From a virus (Duplodnaviria > Caudoviricetes), in the IMG/VR virus record IMGVR_UViG_3300046167_000328, positions 1 through 58,776 of that record: 58,776 bases of DNA; one strand, given 5' to 3'. Made by a program: the position numbers and the translations under genes. Each line of letters opens with the position of its first letter. The stretch's first letter is position 1. This document shows positions 6,432-14,889 of this stretch, piece after piece. The notes beneath the pieces were generated by a model, which was not told the origin of the DNA, made no database searches, and was given only the letters and a program-made list of their open reading frames with translations.

Positions 6432-8381
6432 ATGGCAATAATATATTCATATCCAGTAGCATCAGCCGTTGAAGCTGGAGATCTAGTGATAGGTACTGAT
6501 ATAACTGGTAAACAAACAAAAAACTTTACGTTACAATCGATAGCTGACTTGGTAGGTTTGCAAGGGTTACAGTCAGTTTTAGACACTGGAACAACTTGGA
6601 CAAGTGCTGATGGTTTTGGAACTTTTACAATTGACCCAGGTAATGGTGATGGGTACATATCTTACAAGAATACTGATGATGATTGGGGGTACACACTTAG
6701 TGCAGAGGAAGGGTTTTATTTTACAGACGCAAATGGAAATGAGCAAGGTTATTCTGCAATTCCAGGTTTTGGGGGGATTATAGTAGGGAATACAACTCAT
6801 TCAACAGCAATTACTTCAGACAACATAACTGCAAATAGAAATTTATATTTACCCGATGCAAGTGGTACAATAGCTTTAACAAGTGATATAACTAGTCAAG
6901 TAACAGGAACCGGTACAACTCAAACTTTGCCAGTATGGTCAGATGGTCCAAACGGAGCTTTAGGTGATTCTTGGATTTATCAGAACCTTAGCCCATACTT
7001 ACCCTCTGGGAAACAGGTATATGTTGCAGCAGATCTTTACGTATCGGGTGAAGTGCGGCTCCAAGGCCCTTTAATAGCTCCTGAATCTACATTTTGGGAG
7101 ACAACTTTTCAAAATATTGTAAAAGATAAGTTCGACTCGCCGGGGTATGATGGCCAAGTATTAACTTCAACCGGAGACGGTGTGCGATGGAAAGATGTTG
7201 TAGACGGTACCGTTACAACCCAAACCTTGCCAATATGGTCAGATGGTCCAAATGGGGTGTTAGGTGACTCTGCTATTAAACAACATAATGGTAACAATAT
7301 TACTATAGGGTCAAACCCTAGCGCTGCTTCACAAGGTAACTATACTTTATCTGTGGGTAACGACAATGACTTTGCTAGTGGCACAGCAAGAGTTTTAGCT
7401 GTAGGAGCTAGTAATATAGGAACATTGACAGATGTTGTGGACTCAGCTGTTATAGGTATAAATAATGAAATTGCCGGTAGTTATTCATTAACTGTTGGGC
7501 AAAGGAACCAAACAAATAGCGGAACTAGCTTTGTGGCTGGTGTTGATAATGTTACTTCTTCAGGCGTTCCAAGACAATTTGTAATTGGTAGAGATAACAC
7601 CGTAGATTCTATTGACACTATTGTTTTAGGTGATAGAAATATAGTTGCGGAAACAGGTGATGGTTTTGGGTCTATACTGGTATTTGGGCACTTAAACGAT
7701 GTAAAAGGTGATCGTATACTTTGTTTAGGTACGTCTAATATTGTAAACAGCGACAATCAAGGGGCTTATATTATTGGTGCTGGTAGTAGTTCTACTGCTG
7801 ATAGAACATATTCAGTTGGCCAACAAAATGTAATTACTCGCAATGAGTCATATGCTTTTGGAAAGTCTAATACAATTGAAGCTTCTGCATCTGTGGCCGT
7901 TGGTACTAATAATAGCATAAATACCGACTTGATTAGCATCACCAATATTGAAAAAGCATATGCATTTGGGTTTGGAAATAGTAATATTAATTTTAAATCA
8001 TTTGCAATAGGGGATAATAACGATGTTTCATACAAACAAAGAACTTATTTAATTGGTAGAGAAAATAAACCCGCTACGGACAATACTATTATTCTAGGGC
8101 AATTTTCTGATCCTACTGTCCTTAGAACAAGTAACATAAACGGCAGGTCAACCGTAGCTTTCGGGGTTGGGGTAAACAATGAAACAAGACGAACAGCTTG
8201 GGAGTTCAGGGGCAAACCAACATCCGCGGGCGATACAAGTGCGGGTGACTCTATGCAGATTATGGCGTGGGCTTTGCTCTATAGCTCTTCTTATACGGAT
8301 GACACGGCAGCAGCGGCAGGCGGAGTTGAAGTAGGACAATTATATAGAACTGGAAGTACAGTTAAAATAAGAATGACATAA
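6432..8381 (+). CDS. Fibre/adhesin-like protein with YadA-head-like beta-roll repeats
   Basis: About 14-aa repeats of the type (S/A)xAxGxxN; internal repeat TQTLP(V/I)WSDGPNG(A/V)LGDS; C-terminal DDTAAAAGGVEVGQLYRTGSTVKIR. Confidence 0.75.
   Translation: MAIIYSYPVASAVEAGDLVIGTDITGKQTKNFTLQSIADLVGLQGLQSVLDTGTTWTSADGFGTFTIDPGNGDGYISYKNTDDDWGYTLSAEEGFYFTDANGNEQGYSAIPGFGGIIVGNTTHSTAITSDNITANRNLYLPDASGTIALTSDITSQVTGTGTTQTLPVWSDGPNGALGDSWIYQNLSPYLPSGKQVYVAADLYVSGEVRLQGPLIAPESTFWETTFQNIVKDKFDSPGYDGQVLTSTGDGVRWKDVVDGTVTTQTLPIWSDGPNGVLGDSAIKQHNGNNITIGSNPSAASQGNYTLSVGNDNDFASGTARVLAVGASNIGTLTDVVDSAVIGINNEIAGSYSLTVGQRNQTNSGTSFVAGVDNVTSSGVPRQFVIGRDNTVDSIDTIVLGDRNIVAETGDGFGSILVFGHLNDVKGDRILCLGTSNIVNSDNQGAYIIGAGSSSTADRTYSVGQQNVITRNESYAFGKSNTIEASASVAVGTNNSINTDLISITNIEKAYAFGFGNSNINFKSFAIGDNNDVSYKQRTYLIGRENKPATDNTIILGQFSDPTVLRTSNINGRSTVAFGVGVNNETRRTAWEFRGKPTSAGDTSAGDSMQIMAWALLYSSSYTDDTAAAAGGVEVGQLYRTGSTVKIRMT
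6906..7271 (+). repeat. Intragenic 66-bp direct repeat (6906-6971 and 7206-7271)
   Basis: Copies exactly 300 nt apart, differing mostly at synonymous positions. Confidence 0.85.
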
Positions 8382-8391
8382 AATAAAACAA

Positions 8392-8706
8392 ATGGCAAAT
8401 TGGAAAGTATTAGAAATGAATCACCAAGTATCAGATGGGTATGTAGTGGAAGTTACTACGGTGTGCGAGAAAAAAGACGGTCCTGGTTATGCTCGTAAAG
8501 TGTTTATTAGTGAATACGAAGGTGTACCGGGGACTGGCTATATTCCCTACGAAGATCTTACTGAAGAAGTGGTATTGAGCTGGGTTAAAGATGATTTAGG
8601 GGCTGGGGTTGTTTTACAAACAGAAACAAATATAGACGCGGCAGCTTTAGCTAACAAGGAAGCTATTGTGAATCCCCCGCTTAAGAGTGGGGTACCATGG
8701 GTATAA
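8392..8706 (+). CDS. Fibre-associated small protein
   Basis: YIPYEDLTEEVVLSWV...GVPW motif, of the kind seen beside phage fibre genes. Confidence 0.6.
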   Translation: MANWKVLEMNHQVSDGYVVEVTTVCEKKDGPGYARKVFISEYEGVPGTGYIPYEDLTEEVVLSWVKDDLGAGVVLQTETNIDAAALANKEAIVNPPLKSGVPWV

Positions 8707-8774
8707 AAAATAAACAACTTAATAACAACTACCAGTGTAACGCTTGAGATAAAATAGTAAAAAACCGTTATTTC

Positions 8775-8787
8775 AAGTGATGATATA
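8775..8787 (+). promoter_or_regulatory. Putative late promoter AAGTGATGATATA
   Basis: Similar ANGTRAT(A/G)ATA at 13525, 23039 and 30907, each upstream of late genes. Confidence 0.45.
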
Positions 8788-8820
8788 AATATATCAAATC
8801 AAATCAAATTTAATTAAATT

Positions 8821-10377
8821 ATGTCAGACAAAATAGTCAAAAACCTAAATTTCGGGGAAGACGCCAAGAATACGGTGTTTAAAGGAATAGAAAAACTAAC
8901 AAAAGCTGTAAGTTCTACTTTAGGAGCTAGTGGTAAGTGTGTAATACTAGAAGATGGTGGTGGTAGGCCTGTTATAACAAAAGACGGTGTAACAGTAGCT
9001 GATTCAATAGTGTTGTTGGACCCTGTAGAAAATATGGGTGCTACACTTTTAAAAGAAGCTGCTAGAAAAACAGTTAAAGAAGCTGGTGACGGTACAACAA
9101 CCGCAACTGTCTTAGCACACTCCATACTTAAGCATGCTTATAAGTTAGATAAAAACTATAACGATAGAGATTTAAAGAACGGCATAAATAACGCTGTTGC
9201 TAAAGTTGTAAAATACTTAGAAAAAAACTCTATACAAGTGACAGGTGATATGATCGACTCTGTAGCTACAATTTCAACAAATAATGATCCTAATCTAGGT
9301 AAGGTTATAGGAGATGCTTTTAGAGCAGTTGGAGAAACTGGAGTTGTTATGATGGAAAAAACTAGTGACTCTGAAACCTATGTAGATATTGTTGACGGTG
9401 TACAATACGATAAAGGAATAACAAACTCTAATTTTGTAACTAATAAATCAACAAAAGAAGCTATACTTGATAATCCATTAGTATTACTAGTAGATTCACC
9501 AATTGATAGCATTAGGCAAATACAATCAGTACTAGAATATGTTATTAAAAACAATAAATCATTATTAATTGTAGCTGACATAGACCAACCAGTTCTATCC
9601 GCTTTAGCGATGAACAAGGTAAAAGGTAATATAAAAGTAAACGTTATTAATGCACCTACTTTTGGTATTAACAAGAAAGACACTTTAATTGACTTATCAA
9701 TGTTAACTGGAGCTACTATTATAAATGAAGACCTTGGAGATGATTTAGATTTAATATCAGTTGATAAACTAGGTGAATGTGTTAAGAGTGTAACAGGAGA
9801 ACAAGACACTATAATACAAATAAAAGAAACACCTGAAGAAGTAAATGAGCTTATTATCAAAATTAAAGAACAGCTTGAAACTGAAAAATCTCCTGCAAAC
9901 GTTATACGACTTGAAACTAGACTTGCACGTTTATCTGCTAAGGTTGCAATTGTTAAGGTTGGAGCGAATTCAGACATTGAACTTAAAGAAAAGACAGATA
10001 GAGTCGAAGACGCAATCTGTGCTACAAAAGCCGCAATTAAAGAAGGTATAATTCCAGGAGGAGGTATTGCACTACTCAACGCGTCTACATATATAAAGGC
10101 TAAAAATAAAGGTGAAGAAGTTTTGCTAGAAGCTATAAAAGCTCCTTATGAAACTATTCTATCAAACGCTGGTTTAGAATTGGTTTATCCTGATAAGAAA
10201 AATAGAGGGTTAAACGTGGTTACAGGTAAAGACGTAAATATGGTACGAGCTGGTATTATAGATCCATTACTGGTTACTAAAAGCGCTTTAAGAAACGCGG
10301 CTTCAGTAGCAACTACTATATTATCTACAGATTGTGTAATTAATAACTTAAGAGTTGGAGATGAAAGCAATAGGTAG
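8821..10377 (+). CDS. groEL: Group I chaperonin GroEL
   Basis: ITKDGVTVA, GDGTTTATVLA, RVEDAICATKAA, PGGG, GIIDP; no GGM tail. Confidence 0.97.
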   Translation: MSDKIVKNLNFGEDAKNTVFKGIEKLTKAVSSTLGASGKCVILEDGGGRPVITKDGVTVADSIVLLDPVENMGATLLKEAARKTVKEAGDGTTTATVLAHSILKHAYKLDKNYNDRDLKNGINNAVAKVVKYLEKNSIQVTGDMIDSVATISTNNDPNLGKVIGDAFRAVGETGVVMMEKTSDSETYVDIVDGVQYDKGITNSNFVTNKSTKEAILDNPLVLLVDSPIDSIRQIQSVLEYVIKNNKSLLIVADIDQPVLSALAMNKVKGNIKVNVINAPTFGINKKDTLIDLSMLTGATIINEDLGDDLDLISVDKLGECVKSVTGEQDTIIQIKETPEEVNELIIKIKEQLETEKSPANVIRLETRLARLSAKVAIVKVGANSDIELKEKTDRVEDAICATKAAIKEGIIPGGGIALLNASTYIKAKNKGEEVLLEAIKAPYETILSNAGLELVYPDKKNRGLNVVTGKDVNMVRAGIIDPLLVTKSALRNAASVATTILSTDCVINNLRVGDESNR

Positions 10378-10621
10378 AAATTTAATTATAAAGAAAACAA
10401 AAGAAGGTACCACTAAAACAAAAGGTGGTTTGCTTCTTGCAGAATCTCATAGAGAAGATGTTAGATATATAGAAGCTAGTATAATTTCTATTGGAAGTGA
10501 TGTAGTTGGCGTAAGCAAAGGTGATATTATCTTCTTTGACAGACACGCCGGTCACAGAATAGAAATAGATAAAGATTTTTATCACGTTATCAAACTAGAG
10601 GATGTAGTTGTTGTTTTATGA
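10361..10621 (+). CDS. groES: Co-chaperonin GroES
   Basis: TKTKGGLLL mobile loop, VSKGDIIFF, IKLEDVVVVL; overlaps the groEL stop. Confidence 0.9.
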   Translation: MKAIGRNLIIKKTKEGTTKTKGGLLLAESHREDVRYIEASIISIGSDVVGVSKGDIIFFDRHAGHRIEIDKDFYHVIKLEDVVVVL

Positions 10622-11064
10622 AAAGACTAGACGCAAGAGATGTTAAAGACATGAACTTGTTAAAACATTATCGTATAATACGTAAATGGGCCTGTAAAAA
10701 CAACAACTTAAATGATGCTGATTTAGAGCTTCTAATATATCTTGACTGTATGGATCATTTCTCTAAACAAGACTTTAAAACTGGTTCTTATTCATATAGC
10801 TGGGACAATAGGCGATGGAATAAGCTTTTAAAAGCTGGCTGGATAAAAGTATGGAGACCTAGAAATAGAACTACACAGCTCTATAACATATATCAAGTTT
10901 CTTTTCAATGTAAGCAACTTATAAATAGAATATATAGAATAATGCTAGGTGAAGATGATATACCAACTAGCTCAAGAAGAAATAAAATAATTAAAGGTAA
11001 TAGTTACACGGATAAAGTTTTAACTACAGCCATATATAATGTTAATAACGATAAACAAAGATAA
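10618..11064 (+). CDS. Putative winged-helix DNA-binding protein
   Basis: LNDADLELLIYL...WNKLLKAGWIKV is MarR-like. Confidence 0.5.
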   Translation: MKRLDARDVKDMNLLKHYRIIRKWACKNNNLNDADLELLIYLDCMDHFSKQDFKTGSYSYSWDNRRWNKLLKAGWIKVWRPRNRTTQLYNIYQVSFQCKQLINRIYRIMLGEDDIPTSSRRNKIIKGNSYTDKVLTTAIYNVNNDKQR

Positions 11065-11066
11065 CT

Positions 11067-11648
11067 ATGTATAAAAAATCACCAAACAAATTCATCGGTG
11101 CGGCTGCTATTAGCGCGGCTACAGCTGGTAGAATGTCTTCACAGTTAAACGTGAGTGATCAACTACAACAAGGAGTAGATACTTTTGGAGAAAGTGGACT
11201 GATTGCTAATAGTATTAGAATTGCACAAGCTGCAAAAGCAAAGCAAGCGGCTCAATCAATGGGTGTGAATGATCAAGTAAACATTGATAATTCATCTATG
11301 ATAAAACAAAACCCAGTTATGCCTGGCGGGCCAACTGATAATTCAAATCCTTTTGGAGGACAAAAATTTCAGATAACACCAGTACAGATGACTTATGAAA
11401 CTCCATCTCCAGCAAACATGCAAGGTAACGCTATTCCGCTTTTTAATGAGTCTGTAACTAACGCTGGAAACATGATGTTTGGAGATGTTGGTCAAAGACA
11501 AAGATCTTTAACTAATCAAGCTGGAGATATTCAAGCTACACCATATGTTAAAGATCCATCAGCTCTTCAAGGTAATGCATTTGGCTTAGCTATGGAGCAA
11601 GCCGGTGGTGATTATGATAAAGCAAAAGAAATTATAAAAAACAAATAA
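11067..11648 (+). CDS. Hypothetical low-complexity late protein
   Basis: 193-aa Q/N/A/G-rich ORF. Confidence 0.75.
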   Translation: MYKKSPNKFIGAAAISAATAGRMSSQLNVSDQLQQGVDTFGESGLIANSIRIAQAAKAKQAAQSMGVNDQVNIDNSSMIKQNPVMPGGPTDNSNPFGGQKFQITPVQMTYETPSPANMQGNAIPLFNESVTNAGNMMFGDVGQRQRSLTNQAGDIQATPYVKDPSALQGNAFGLAMEQAGGDYDKAKEIIKNK

Positions 11649-11650
11649 TT

Positions 11651-11851
11651 ATGGCAGAAAAAGCAATAAAAGCTAACGTAAACGCTGGGGGCGTTGTTGG
11701 TGAAAACACTATATGGGACGGGCCGCTAAGTCAAGTAGGTAGACCACACGGTAAAGGATCTAGTAGTGGATCTAGAGGTATGAAGTTAAAATTGGCTGAT
11801 TGCGGTTGTGATTCGTTAAAAGGACCAATCACTCAAAGAGCTAAAAGATAA
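11651..11851 (+). CDS. Hypothetical late protein
   Basis: 66-aa ORF, tightly packed. Confidence 0.7.
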   Translation: MAEKAIKANVNAGGVVGENTIWDGPLSQVGRPHGKGSSSGSRGMKLKLADCGCDSLKGPITQRAKR

Positions 11852-11852
11852 A

Positions 11853-12005
11853 ATGGGATCACTAGGAGATATAAAATTGTATATGATAAATGCTAGTGCT
11901 TTAGCCGTGTCTATGTCTAATATAGATGTAGTACTTAAATTAACTCTTTTAGCAGTGTCTATTGGTTACACTATTCAAAAATGGTATAACTTAAACAAAA
12001 AATAA
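11853..12005 (+). CDS. Small membrane protein, holin-like (not in ORF track)
   Basis: MGSLGDIKLYMINASALAVSMSNIDVVLKLTLLAVSIGYTIQKWYNLNKK fills the gap exactly. Confidence 0.65.
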   Translation: MGSLGDIKLYMINASALAVSMSNIDVVLKLTLLAVSIGYTIQKWYNLNKK

Positions 12006-12006
12006 A

Positions 12007-12279
12007 ATGGCAAAGTTAGATAAATCTAAAATGGCTTGCAATAAGCCTAAGAAAACCCCAAGTCACCCTACTAAATCCCACGTGGTTAAAGCTTGTTCAG
12101 GAGGTAAGGAAAAAATAATTAGATTTGGACAACAAGGAGTTAGCACTGCTGGTAAACCTAAAGAAGGTGAGTCAGCTAAGCAAAAAGCTAGACGTGCTAG
12201 TTTCAAAGCTAGACATGCTAAAAATATAAAGAAAGGTAAAATGTCTGCTGCTTGGTGGGCTGATAAGGTTAAATGGTAA
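12007..12279 (+). CDS. Basic phage protein of a recurrent family
   Basis: IIRFGQQG...RRASFKARH...SAAWWADKVKW. Confidence 0.75.
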   Translation: MAKLDKSKMACNKPKKTPSHPTKSHVVKACSGGKEKIIRFGQQGVSTAGKPKEGESAKQKARRASFKARHAKNIKKGKMSAAWWADKVKW

Positions 12280-12291
12280 AAATAAACAATC

Positions 12292-12525
12292 ATGGGAAAA
12301 GGTAAAAAATACGATCAAAAAGAAGCATACAATAAGAACTTAAGCGCAAGCGCTAGATTACATTACTTAGAAAACGCTAGACACGATACTGACTCTGCAG
12401 CTAAAATGGCTTACGGAGATTCACCAGCTAAGATGCAGGGATCTTTTATTTCTAAACATTGTCAATCAGGTTTTCAAAAAGCAAAACCAGACACTCCTGC
12501 TAAAAAGAAAAGCTGTAAGTACTAA
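12292..12525 (+). CDS. Hypothetical basic late protein
   Basis: 77 aa with SAAKM/SPAKM/TPAK repeats. Confidence 0.7.
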   Translation: MGKGKKYDQKEAYNKNLSASARLHYLENARHDTDSAAKMAYGDSPAKMQGSFISKHCQSGFQKAKPDTPAKKKSCKY

Positions 12526-12526
12526 T

Positions 12527-12832
12527 ATGGCATTTAAACTTAAACCACCGTATGAAGTAGACAATACTCCTATATATCAAGTTGATATGGAGGAAGGTGT
12601 TTTAGGTATGGCTAACAATAATGGCACAATACTTATAAACAAGTATTTAAACCCGAGTCAATGTAAGAAAGTAATTGACCACGAGATGATTCATATTGAT
12701 CAAATAAAACGTGGTGATTTAGATTACGACGATGATAATGTATACTGGAAAGGTAAAAAATATTCAAGAGCTCAAATGAAAGAAGGAGCTAAAAACTTAC
12801 CTTGGGAAGCTGAGGCTTATAAAAATTCATAA
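12527..12832 (+). CDS. Minimal zincin metallopeptidase
   Basis: VIDHEMIH (HExxH) and downstream PWEAEAY. Confidence 0.8.
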   Translation: MAFKLKPPYEVDNTPIYQVDMEEGVLGMANNNGTILINKYLNPSQCKKVIDHEMIHIDQIKRGDLDYDDDNVYWKGKKYSRAQMKEGAKNLPWEAEAYKNS

Positions 12833-12852
12833 ATAAATAAATAAATAAAAAA

Positions 12853-13113
12853 ATGGCAAAATTACAAAACGCATCAAAACCACCTTTTTACAAAACTGGA
12901 GCTTTATATCTTCACGCTGAAGGTCACGCTGCTCCTGATCCATCTACAAAAAAAGATGCTAAAGAAAAATTTGATAAAGATCCTACAAAACATTTTAAAT
13001 CTTTTGGAACTAAAAAAGAACAGATGAACGCAAAAAATCCCTACCCAAGAAAAAGCGAAAGATCTAAAAAGTTTAACCAACTTCAGAAAAGATTAAAAGA
13101 TTCAAGCATGTAG
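12853..13113 (+). CDS. Hypothetical basic late protein
   Basis: 86-aa ORF with an A-rich leader. Confidence 0.7.
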   Translation: MAKLQNASKPPFYKTGALYLHAEGHAAPDPSTKKDAKEKFDKDPTKHFKSFGTKKEQMNAKNPYPRKSERSKKFNQLQKRLKDSSM

Positions 13114-13141
13114 TGTTTCTACATAAAACTATACGGCAAAA

Positions 13142-13546
13142 ATGAAGAAATTATTTCAATGGCTTACTGGCGGTGTAATAAAAGAAGTTGGGAACGTTAT
13201 TGATAAACTTACCACAACTAAAGAAGAGAAACTAGAGGCTCAAAGACTAATACAGGAAATATTAGAAAAAGCTGATAGCGAGGCTCAGGTACAGGTTACT
13301 GATCGCTGGAAAGCTGATATGACTAGTGATAGTTGGTTATCTAAAAACATAAGACCTATGGTTTTAATATATTTAACATTTGTATTTAGTGTTTTATCTT
13401 TTGCAGATGGTAACATAGGAGACTTTAAAGTAGACGAATCTTACACACCTATATTCCAATCGTTGCTAATAACAGTATACGGTGCTTACTTTGTTGGTCG
13501 TACTTGGGAAAAAAATAAAAAATCAAGTGATAATAAAAATAAGTAA
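13142..13546 (+). CDS. Holin (3TM, GTA-type)
   Basis: RWKADMTSDSWLSKNIRP, hydrophobic helices, YFVGRTWEK. Confidence 0.8.
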   Translation: MKKLFQWLTGGVIKEVGNVIDKLTTTKEEKLEAQRLIQEILEKADSEAQVQVTDRWKADMTSDSWLSKNIRPMVLIYLTFVFSVLSFADGNIGDFKVDESYTPIFQSLLITVYGAYFVGRTWEKNKKSSDNKNK

Positions 13547-13573
13547 AAACATATTAAATTAAATCAAATCAAA

Positions 13574-13840
13574 ATGTCAAAAATCAAAAAAGAACAATTA
13601 GAAAAAATTCAAGGTCAGCAAAGTAAACTTCAAGCTATATTAACTGATATAGGTGTTTTAGAAGTAAGAAAGCACGAAGCCTTACACGCTCAAGCTGCTG
13701 TGTCTCAAGAAATACAAGAGACTAAAAAAGAACTTGAAGATGAGTATGGCGCTATAAATATCGATATGAAAGACGGTAGTTATACTGTAATTGAACAAGA
13801 AAAAGAATCTGATTTATCAGTTGTTAAATCAATCAATTAA
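13574..13840 (+). CDS. Coiled-coil hypothetical protein
   Basis: Heptad pattern; LEDEYGAINIDMKDGSY. Confidence 0.7.
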   Translation: MSKIKKEQLEKIQGQQSKLQAILTDIGVLEVRKHEALHAQAAVSQEIQETKKELEDEYGAINIDMKDGSYTVIEQEKESDLSVVKSIN

Positions 13841-14067
13841 TGAGCTCTGTAGTTAGAAAAATAAGTATAGGTTCTGATTACAAAAATGATGCAATGCATT
13901 ATGCTGTAGGTCAAAAAGTTTACGGAGGTCATATTATATCAGCTATACTATACGCCGAAGACGATAACTCTTACAGTATCTATATCAAAAAGAAAGATGA
14001 GGTAATGCCATGGAAGAAGTTTAATTCTAACATGGCTATATCTGTTGAATATGATTTAGAGTACTAA
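13840..14067 (+). CDS. Hypothetical late protein
   Basis: 75-aa ORF, stop/start coupled on both sides. Confidence 0.75.
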   Translation: MSSVVRKISIGSDYKNDAMHYAVGQKVYGGHIISAILYAEDDNSYSIYIKKKDEVMPWKKFNSNMAISVEYDLEY

Positions 14068-14672
14068 TGAAGAGTTTATTTGACTTTATTGTAAGACCAA
14101 CAAATAAAAGATACGACAACGAAGTTAAGGTAGGTGACAAAAGCCTTATAACTAACTCCAATACTGAAGATTTTAAAGCTGTCAGCAATAGAGCTGTGGT
14201 AGTTTCTACTCCATCAGCATATTCTACGTTAATTAAAAAAGGTGATATAGTCATTATACATCATAATGTTTTTAGAAGCTTTTTTGATATTAGAGGTAAA
14301 AGAAAAGACAGTAGATCTAAGTTTATAGATGATCTATACTTTTGCTCACCTGATCAAATATACCTATATAACAATGGTGATGATTGGAAGTCTTTTAGAG
14401 ATAGGTGTTTCGTAAAACCACTGTTAGATAATAATGATCTAACGCTGGATAAAGAAAGAAAGCTTATAGGAATACTAAGATATGGTAATAGTTCCTTAGA
14501 AGCCGTTAAAATCGTTCCTGGTGACCTAGTAGGTTATACTCCATATGGTGAGTTTGAATTTATAATTGACGGAGAGCGTTTATACTGTATGAAATCAAAT
14601 GATATTGTAATTAAATATGAATACAAAGGAGACGAAGAAGAATATAATCCAAGCTGGGCAAATAGCAGTTGA
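14067..14672 (+). CDS. Tandem GroES-like (two Cpn10-like domains) protein
   Basis: Two units: FIVRP...AVVVSTP...IKKGDIVII and FVKP...IVPGDLVGY...IIDGERLYCMKSNDIV. Confidence 0.6.
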   Translation: MKSLFDFIVRPTNKRYDNEVKVGDKSLITNSNTEDFKAVSNRAVVVSTPSAYSTLIKKGDIVIIHHNVFRSFFDIRGKRKDSRSKFIDDLYFCSPDQIYLYNNGDDWKSFRDRCFVKPLLDNNDLTLDKERKLIGILRYGNSSLEAVKIVPGDLVGYTPYGEFEFIIDGERLYCMKSNDIVIKYEYKGDEEEYNPSWANSS

Positions 14673-14889
14673 GGAATTAATTAAGGTTGCTAAAGAGCCT
14701 ATTGTTGATTCTGACGAGGATATATCTGCTGATAGATTAAAAAATGCAGCAGCTACAAAGAAGCTAGCTATATTTGATGCGTTCGAGATACTTACTCGTA
14801 TACAAGAAGAAGAGGATAGAATAAATGAAAAACCTACAGAGACTAAAGAAAAAAGTTTCAGAGGTTTTGCTGAAGGAAGATCTAAGTAA
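14617..14889 (+). CDS. Probable terminase small subunit
   Basis: Helical 90-aa ORF immediately upstream of, and coupled to, terL. Confidence 0.55.
   Translation: MNTKETKKNIIQAGQIAVEELIKVAKEPIVDSDEDISADRLKNAAATKKLAIFDAFEILTRIQEEEDRINEKPTETKEKSFRGFAEGRSK

Noticed and set aside
6906-7271. Repeat pair in the fibre gene as a DGR template/variable repeat
   Set aside because: Differences are mostly synonymous and not adenine-specific, both copies are coding, and no reverse transcriptase is present
9378-10079. 233-aa antisense ORF in groEL, and the other antisense or alternate-frame ORFs in the track (e.g. 15157-15759, 45286-45753)
   Set aside because: Shadows of strongly codon-biased real genes, with no motifs or leaders of their own
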